The notes beneath the pieces were generated by a model. The model was not told the origin of the DNA and did not search any database. It was given only the letters and a program-made list of their open reading frames with translations. DNA of 64,000 nt from Candidatus Thorarchaeota archaeon (GTDB lineage Archaea > Asgardarchaeota > Thorarchaeia > Thorarchaeales > Thorarchaeaceae), in assembly GCA_011364985.1 (NCBI GenBank), contig RDOC01000004.1, forward strand, positions 64,001-128,000. Reading direction: 5' to 3'. Of the stretch, positions 57,583-64,000 are shown piece after piece (the stretch's first letter is position 1; each line of letters starts with the position of its first letter). Made by a program: the position numbers and the translations under genes.

Positions 57583-59001
57583 TCATTTCGCAAATCCCAA
57601 CGCCTTCAGAACTCCCTCAGCTGAATTTGCCGCCTGTTGAAGCCCAACGCCAGCTCCCGCAGTATCAGTGCCCACTATATAGAGTCCCTTGATTGGAGTT
57701 TCTGGTCCAGGTCGGTCAAGGTCCGTTTGTCCGGGAATCAATGCTGCCCGCGTAGCATAGGAGGATTGAACGTGTTCCATCTCAGTGTGCTCTAATACCT
57801 CTGGGTAGTACTTCTTCAGCCCATTCGCCTTGATCTGTTCAACAATCTCCTGTGGAGTCCGACCTTCTGGAAGTATGGCCGCAATTCCAAGGAGTTCCTT
57901 TCCTTCCGGAGCGCAGGATGGGTCGAATGAAGACAAGGAAATCAGCCAAGTCTCAGGTCGTGGATGCACTATCACCCTTGACTTCCTATCGCCAATCACA
58001 ATCTTATCAAGGCCAAGCCAGAGCGTTACACCACGTGTGAACAGCATATGATCCCAGTTTTGAAAGAACCTGATCGCCTCCGGTTTGTCGGATGTGACTA
58101 TCTTTGACATTGACCAGAGCGGAATATCACTCACAATTGTGGAGTGAACCAGTTCAACTCCAGATGCAGTCAAATTATGAACAGATCCATTATGTTCAGT
58201 AATCTTCTCAACTTCAGCATTCAGAACATAATCACCACTGATGGTATCTACAACTCTGTCAACTAGATGCTGCATTCCACCGATAGCGATTCCTTCATCA
58301 TACTCATCCGAACCGAAAAGCAGTTTCTTGGCAGAATCTAGTTTGCTGCTTTCCTTATCCGTGTCTCTAAGAGTGCGAAGAGACTCATATGCCGAGGCAC
58401 GGTCAATGGGAACACCAGCTGCCATGTAAATCGCACTCTGCATGACATCCAGCATGACCTGATTGGTGGCACCACGGGCACGCATGAACTTGAGAAAGGT
58501 AATATCCTTGTATTTCTGCATCTCTTCAAGCTTCATGGTTTTGATTTTTGCTCCGATCTTTGCCAAGCCAAGGCGTCCACGGGTGCCTGTGAGGGGCCAA
58601 CGAAGAGTCCCTCCGATGCTTGTTGGTATTGTGCCAACCTTGTCATGCACTCGGAAGAACCACCCTTCGTGTAGAACGAACTCTGGTACGGGGTCTAAGT
58701 AGTTTCGTAAGAACCTCGCAAAAGCACCACGCTTTACACGTGTGATGACATGAAGACCTTGGTCGACCCTGTAACCATCAACCCAGTAGCCATGCCACAC
58801 ACCTCCAAGTCGATTTTGCTTCTCAAGAATGAGGACCTTCTTACCTTTGCTGGACAAGGCCAAGGCAGTTAGAAGACTGCCAGCGCCTCCACCTGCAATA
58901 ATGACATCATAATTATGGGGGTCGACTTGGTTAATAGTGATTTCTTGCATAGTCTGGCTCAAAATCATCTGAAAATCAAACCTACTTAAGGGTGTCCGCA
59001 T
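57583..59001 (-). CDS. FAD-dependent oxidoreductase (phytoene desaturase/amine oxidase family)
   Basis: IAGGGAGSL..LEK..GG, GGMQHLV and TPIKGLYIVG. Confidence 0.85.
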   Translation of the reverse strand: MRTPLSRFDFQMILSQTMQEITINQVDPHNYDVIIAGGGAGSLLTALALSSKGKKVLILEKQNRLGGVWHGYWVDGYRVDQGLHVITRVKRGAFARFLRNYLDPVPEFVLHEGWFFRVHDKVGTIPTSIGGTLRWPLTGTRGRLGLAKIGAKIKTMKLEEMQKYKDITFLKFMRARGATNQVMLDVMQSAIYMAAGVPIDRASAYESLRTLRDTDKESSKLDSAKKLLFGSDEYDEGIAIGGMQHLVDRVVDTISGDYVLNAEVEKITEHNGSVHNLTASGVELVHSTIVSDIPLWSMSKIVTSDKPEAIRFFQNWDHMLFTRGVTLWLGLDKIVIGDRKSRVIVHPRPETWLISLSSFDPSCAPEGKELLGIAAILPEGRTPQEIVEQIKANGLKKYYPEVLEHTEMEHVQSSYATRAALIPGQTDLDRPGPETPIKGLYIVGTDTAGAGVGLQQAANSAEGVLKALGFAK

Positions 59002-59040
59002 GGCATTCTGAAATGAATGTTCAAGAGGGGCAAAGGAGTT

Positions 59041-60144
59041 CTACAGGAGGTCTATAATGCGTTTCCTATTAGATGATGCATAGGCCGCATCAACAATCCT
59101 GTGTGCTTCAATCGCATCCAGAAAATTCGGGCTGGGCTGTTCATCATTTCTTATGGAGTTCAGCAGGGAATAGCTTAATGCAGAATAGCGCTCCATGCCC
59201 ACAGCCGTAAGGGCGTCATATGCTGCTGAACCGATGTTCTTAGCGTGTACTCCCAGTTCTTCTAGCAGAGAGAGATTGGCGGTTTCAGCATGAACCCTAA
59301 CTGGAACTTGATCCTCCAATTGATAGTCGAGCCATGTCTTTCCCGATTCTAGAGTTACTCCAATATACCCTCTCTCAAAGAAGAACTCGATTACGCGCTC
59401 ACTTGAGCGGTCTACATTGTGCCATATGGAATCAAGCGTGCTTACAGCCCCATTCTCATGAGTAATGATGAGAGAAGCATGGTCCTCAATCTCGCGGCTT
59501 GAATAAAAGCCGATTTTTGCAAACACGTTCTTGGCTTCGCCGAAAAACCACCTGAATATATCAATATCATGGATACTATGTTCAATTAGTGTGCCGCCAC
59601 CTGCAACAGATTTGTCACCACGCCACCGAGAATAGTAACCATGGTCTATGGGATAGTGTTGGTCATCACGAATGTGGGCGAGCTTGGGCGGCCCAAAATC
59701 ATGGATGCCAATTAGACGTTTGGCATGAATGAGAAATTGATTATACCGCATTACAAGTCCAACGCCGGCCTTGATACCAGCATCTGATGCTACTGCATAC
59801 ATATCCTGAGCCTGAACGCAACTATGAGCGAGGGGCTTTTCGCAGAATATATTCTTTCCAGCAGTTGTGGCAGCCTTGACCATATCGATGTGTTTACTTG
59901 TTGGCGCGCAGATATAGACTAAGTCAACCGACCCATCAGCAACAAGGTCATTAAAGTCCTCATAGGTTTGTGGTACACTGAATAAATCAGAGGCTTGCAG
60001 CAGTGATTGAGGATCAATATCACAGATGGCAGCAATTTCCGCGTTAATCAGCCTTGCATCCAAAAGAGCAGTCAGGCTAGTAAGATGTGTCCGGCCAATA
60101 TTGCCGGTACCAATCAGCCCCACGCCGATTCGTCCTTTGTTCAA
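59041..60144 (-). CDS. Gfo/Idh/MocA oxidoreductase
   Basis: IGTGNIG, CEKP and GGGTLIEHSIHDID. Confidence 0.92.
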   Translation of the reverse strand: MNKGRIGVGLIGTGNIGRTHLTSLTALLDARLINAEIAAICDIDPQSLLQASDLFSVPQTYEDFNDLVADGSVDLVYICAPTSKHIDMVKAATTAGKNIFCEKPLAHSCVQAQDMYAVASDAGIKAGVGLVMRYNQFLIHAKRLIGIHDFGPPKLAHIRDDQHYPIDHGYYSRWRGDKSVAGGGTLIEHSIHDIDIFRWFFGEAKNVFAKIGFYSSREIEDHASLIITHENGAVSTLDSIWHNVDRSSERVIEFFFERGYIGVTLESGKTWLDYQLEDQVPVRVHAETANLSLLEELGVHAKNIGSAAYDALTAVGMERYSALSYSLLNSIRNDEQPSPNFLDAIEAHRIVDAAYASSNRKRIIDLL

Positions 60145-60274
60145 AGGAATTCAACTACCAAGTGTTTCTTCACAAGCACGTATTTTAGTCTTATGAGAAC
60201 GCCAACTGCATTTTAGAGCGTACAATGAGATTTAATAAGAATCAACAGCCGAAGAGCTGCAAGGAGCAAATGAT

Positions 60275-62119
60275 TTGACATCTGCAGAAGACCTAGTGAG
60301 AAATGCAAGGAGTGCACTTCAAGAGGGGAATAGAAATGAGGCAGCGGAACTGATGAATAGAGCTGCCTCAATCTACGCAGATGAAGGGGACTATGAAACT
60401 GCAACCATACTCTACGAAAGAGCTGCACAGTTCTTCTGTGACACATATCAAGCTGAGAAGTGCTTTGTGGCCTTTGAAAATGCCACGCTGATGTTGGTCA
60501 GACAACCGTCGTCCTCTCAAACTCATGATCAAATCGTGAGAATTAACGAAGAAGCAGCAGATATCGCGTGCCGTGCAACCGAATTTCGACGCGCCGCCAA
60601 TTTTCTGTTTCGAGCTGCAGATTTTGCGGTGGATGACGAGAAGAAACGGCACCTCCAGACAAGAGCTGGTGACTGTCTGGAGAACGTAGCTGATACTCAC
60701 GAGGAGAGAGGTAATCTGGAAGAAGCAGTGGCTGTACTGAAGAAGGTAGGAAGGTTATACTACACAGTTGGTGACATCGAACTTGGTGAAAGAATCAGTA
60801 ACCGAGCAGCCAAGATAGCACTTCGATGGGCAAAGGATGCAAAGGGCAACAAGAACTACTTCTCAGCAGGCAGCGCCATGGCTGAGGCTGCTCAAATAAC
60901 TCACTCACTAGGCGATGCTCCTGAAGCCACGAGAATGATGATGGAAGCTGGAGAGCTGTACGAGGAGGCAGGCCACTTCGAAAGGGCAGGCAATATCTAT
61001 GACGCCGCACAAGAGGCCTATTCACTCCAACGTCTTACAACGGCACGTCGACAGGCCATGGCGAAAGCTGCTGAGGCATATCTGAAGATGGAAGGAACTC
61101 CCGAGGCTATAGCCCCGCTTCTGGTGAAAGGTGGAAACATGTTTCTTGAACTTGGTCGGGACATGAAGGCCAAATGGGCGTTCAAGAGGGCTAGTGAGTT
61201 CTTTAGTGAGCTCGCTGCGAAAGCCTCAGCAGAGGATGATATTGAATCCAAGATGAGATACCTCAGGTTTCAGGCCATGTCCTTGCGAAAATGGGGAAGG
61301 TTTGAAGACGCAGAAGATGTCTACCGTGAGGCCATTGAATACTACATTCATCAGGCACAAATCCATGAAGAAGAAGGAGAGAAAGAGGAACAGGCGATAT
61401 CATTCGAAGCAGTAGCGGAGGTTCTAGAAGAATCAGGTGACAAAGCAGAAGCAGTCGTTCAGCTTGAACGGGCTCTTGCCCTGTATGTTGAACTAGCTAA
61501 CGATTTCTCCTCGACGAACCAAAACGATGAAAGCTCCAAATTCTATAGCAAAGCCGCAGAATGCGCCAAGCGTCTTGGGAACACAGAGCAGAGTCTATCT
61601 TATCATGAAATAGCAAGTGACAAGGCAGAACTTGCAGCCAAATACTATGAGGAAATGGGTGTCAAGGAACTATCAACAATTTGGAAGCGTACAGCAGGCT
61701 TGGAAGCATTGAGAACAGAGAATAATGAGCGCATTGGAAAAGGAATTGACCTTTTGCAGCAATCAGCTGCAGGCTTCAAGGAGATTGAAGAGATGATGGA
61801 TTCCTTTGACGATCTCTTTGCAATCTTTGAAGCCCTCTTCCTCAACTATCCTGACGACCGTGATTCTATTTCCAAAACACTGATGGAAATGGATGATACT
61901 TCTCGAAAGACAGACGATGTGAGAATGGCAGCAATAATGTCTGTGATACATGCTGTTGAGAGCGGAAATCCCACTGCTGCTCTACTAGCTTTGCAAGAGC
62001 GAGAAGAGGAACTTCTGGATTTAAATGACCGACTGAGAGCGCTTATATCGCAGTCAAAGGTTGTTAGAAAGCCAGAAGATGTCAAAACAAAAGACAGCAC
62101 TCATTGGGCATATAGATAG
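60275..62119 (+). CDS. Long TPR/alpha-SNAP-like helical repeat protein
   Basis: Repeated AA..Y..AA..Y helices across 614 aa. Confidence 0.8.
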   Translation: MTSAEDLVRNARSALQEGNRNEAAELMNRAASIYADEGDYETATILYERAAQFFCDTYQAEKCFVAFENATLMLVRQPSSSQTHDQIVRINEEAADIACRATEFRRAANFLFRAADFAVDDEKKRHLQTRAGDCLENVADTHEERGNLEEAVAVLKKVGRLYYTVGDIELGERISNRAAKIALRWAKDAKGNKNYFSAGSAMAEAAQITHSLGDAPEATRMMMEAGELYEEAGHFERAGNIYDAAQEAYSLQRLTTARRQAMAKAAEAYLKMEGTPEAIAPLLVKGGNMFLELGRDMKAKWAFKRASEFFSELAAKASAEDDIESKMRYLRFQAMSLRKWGRFEDAEDVYREAIEYYIHQAQIHEEEGEKEEQAISFEAVAEVLEESGDKAEAVVQLERALALYVELANDFSSTNQNDESSKFYSKAAECAKRLGNTEQSLSYHEIASDKAELAAKYYEEMGVKELSTIWKRTAGLEALRTENNERIGKGIDLLQQSAAGFKEIEEMMDSFDDLFAIFEALFLNYPDDRDSISKTLMEMDDTSRKTDDVRMAAIMSVIHAVESGNPTAALLALQEREEELLDLNDRLRALISQSKVVRKPEDVKTKDSTHWAYR

Positions 62120-62197
62120 GTGCAGATTGTCTCTTGTACCCCACGAAGAAAGACGCAAAAGGGAAGTAATCCTGCCTCAGAGTTAGGGTGATTTCAT

Positions 62198-62617
62198 TTG
62201 GGAACTCATCATCAATCAATCAGCTTTCAGACAAGAGGCGACTGCGACATTATTGATATTACTGAAAGGGTGGAGGAAATTGTTGAGAAGAGCAAATTCA
62301 GAAATGGAATCTGCACAGTATTTGTGCCGGGTTCAACTGCATCAGTTACTACAATAGAGTACGAAGATGGCCTGCTAAAGGATTTTCCCGATGCAATGGA
62401 CAGACTAGTGCCGGAGGACATTGTATATGAGCATCATCTTAGATGGAGAGATGGAAATGGTCATTCGCATATCAGATCTAGTATTCTGGGCCCAAGCATA
62501 GCAATACCGTTTGTGGATGGCAGATTGACTTTGGGCACATGGCAGCAGATTGTGTTGTGTGACTTCGATAACAGACCGCGCAGCAGAAAGGTCGAAGTCA
62601 TGTTGCTTGGTGACTAG
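62198..62617 (+). CDS. YjbQ/UPF0047 family protein
   Basis: DIIDIT, NGHSH and LGTWQQI..DFD.RPRSR. Confidence 0.92.
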   Translation: MGTHHQSISFQTRGDCDIIDITERVEEIVEKSKFRNGICTVFVPGSTASVTTIEYEDGLLKDFPDAMDRLVPEDIVYEHHLRWRDGNGHSHIRSSILGPSIAIPFVDGRLTLGTWQQIVLCDFDNRPRSRKVEVMLLGD

Positions 62618-62620
62618 GCA

Positions 62621-62887
62621 TCACAAGTCAACAGGCTCTGGAAGATCCCACTCGAGGTCCTTTAGACCGGCGGGAAGAGGCTCCGAATCCCGAATTTTGT
62701 ATGCAAGATAGTGGATTCTAAGAGAACGACGAAGCCGATGAATCTGAAATGGAGTATTCCATGCAGGATCGGGCTTCCGGTAGCCCAGCGTATCAACGAG
62801 GCCGCGAATCGTATCAAGTTCTCGCCGCACTTGTGCCTTAACATCTTCAAGGTCACGGTCTATTGTAAGAGCAGAACTCCCAGTCAT
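62621..62887 (-). CDS. Small hypothetical protein
   Basis: ORF downstream of nob1; GAGGT RBS before MTGSS. Confidence 0.55.
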   Translation of the reverse strand: MTGSSALTIDRDLEDVKAQVRRELDTIRGLVDTLGYRKPDPAWNTPFQIHRLRRSLRIHYLAYKIRDSEPLPAGLKDLEWDLPEPVDL

Positions 62888-62947
62888 TTCTAGTACCTCA
62901 AGAGAGCCAGTTCCCAAATCCATTAAACTAGGAGTATGACCCAAGTA

Positions 62948-63469
62948 TTACTCACTTGAGTGGACAGGTTTTCGCTTCGCCGGGACTCTTATCATGACGG
63001 TGCCACAAATTGGGCACTCTTCAACTTGAGAGATTTTTCTCTCGGCATGACCACAGGCAGGACACTTTCTCATCCAGATTATTTTATTTTTCATCCTTTT
63101 GTGTGGATCTAAGAAAGCCAATCCCAATTCCTCAGCCGTGTTAAGAACAGCCAAATCAGAAGAAACTACGACAACAGTGTCTCCAGCTACTTCTCTTGTC
63201 AGTGCCAAGGCTAGGAGTTGTATGTCAGTGTCGGACATGATATTGAGGTCACCAGTTCTTCTTGCTGCTTCTTCGATTTGAGTTGTCAAATGTGAATCAG
63301 GGGATTCTTCCAATATTCTACCGGTTGAAAGAAGCATATCAGCTCTCTGTTTACTAGGTCTATTTCTAAGCTCGTCCAGTATAGTGGGAGTTGTGATCAA
63401 TTTCAATTCGGGATTCTGCTGCGCCCATGTTGAAAGAAGTGCACTGGTATCTAGAACGTGAACTTTCAG
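62948..63469 (-). CDS. nob1: Nob1 PIN endonuclease with Zn ribbon (CTG start)
   Basis: Upstream in-frame extension gives (M)KVHVLDTSALL; SDTD, SSD.AVLN and CPAC..CPICG. Confidence 0.88.
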   Translation of the reverse strand: MKVHVLDTSALLSTWAQQNPELKLITTPTILDELRNRPSKQRADMLLSTGRILEESPDSHLTTQIEEAARRTGDLNIMSDTDIQLLALALTREVAGDTVVVVSSDLAVLNTAEELGLAFLDPHKRMKNKIIWMRKCPACGHAERKISQVEECPICGTVMIRVPAKRKPVHSSE

Positions 63470-63481
63470 CTACCGAACCAC

Positions 63482-64000
63482 CTAGAGCGTTCGCGGAACA
63501 AGTCTCGTGTTTATTCTATCCCAATAGTTGTCGTACAGTCTGATGAATCTAGTGATACCCTTAGACTTACGAACCCATACCTTCTCTTCAGGTTCTATGT
63601 CCCAGCGAGTTTGTCCGTCAATAACGGCAAGGCCAGGAGCCTCTGGTTTGATTAGCTCAAGTTCTATCGTAATATCATCGGGAATGACCACAGACTTGAG
63701 TTCAAATCGGGGAGGACATACTGGAACAAATATGAACCCATGAACATTCGGAGAGAGAATGGACCCACCTGCTGCAAGAGCATAGGCAGAAGATCCTACC
63801 GGCGTCGCAACCATTGCTCCATCGGCACGACCATAATCAATTCGAACGCCATCAAGAAGTATCTGAAAAGTCAGCAATCGTCCGGGGATTCTTGAAACAA
63901 CATAGACCTCATTGAGCGCATCCTCAAATCGCCTATCACCGACGCCAGACGCAATATTGACATTCTTCTCGATTACACATTCGTTTTGAAGAATCTTCTC
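63482..64000 (-). CDS. nadK: NAD kinase (5' part lies beyond the window)
   Basis: ALNEV (manual translation), ADGAMVATPVGSSAYALAAGG and IDGQ. Confidence 0.92.
   Translation of the reverse strand, partial: EKILQNECVIEKNVNIASGVGDRRFEDALNEVYVVSRIPGRLLTFQILLDGVRIDYGRADGAMVATPVGSSAYALAAGGSILSPNVHGFIFVPVCPPRFELKSVVIPDDITIELELIKPEAPGLAVIDGQTRWDIEPEEKVWVRKSKGITRFIRLYDNYWDRINTRLVPRTL

Noticed and set aside
1-64000. CRISPR array, rRNA, integrase/transposase, selenoprotein read-through
   Set aside because: No regularly spaced repeats, rRNA signatures, recombinase motifs or genes obviously split at an in-frame TGA were seen. This was by inspection only, so subtle cases could be missed.

Overview
Gene-dense archaeal chromosomal segment that is almost certainly from an Asgard archaeon. 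Thorarchaeia is the best guess, inferred from Bet3/TRAPP-like V4R proteins, several Ras-superfamily GTPases, longin and roadblock domains, eS26 and eL13. Housekeeping genes include the archaeal CoA pathway (pok, pps, panE, coaBC), rtcB, tmk, xpf, ino1, cca, trmY, glnA, nob1 and a partial nadK. I saw no rRNA, tRNA, CRISPR array or transposase. The main points of interest are: (1) a duplicated [roadblock/longin-wHTH + Bet3-like V4R] module at 45.5-50.5 kb that resembles a proto-TRAPP assembly; (2) an NPRL2/uDENN-like longin-winged-helix gene upstream of a longin-Arf-like GTPase fusion; (3) two related, heavily base-paired non-coding elements at about 20.9-21.25 kb and 23.3-23.5 kb that match no RNA family I recognise; (4) a class I LysRS with degenerate HIGH and KMSKS motifs; (5) a PCI-like protein, a GTPase with a natural Q-to-L substitution, a surface C25-type protease, and a CTG-initiated nob1. 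All family assignments come from motif recognition by eye and reference sequences recalled from memory; no searches were run.
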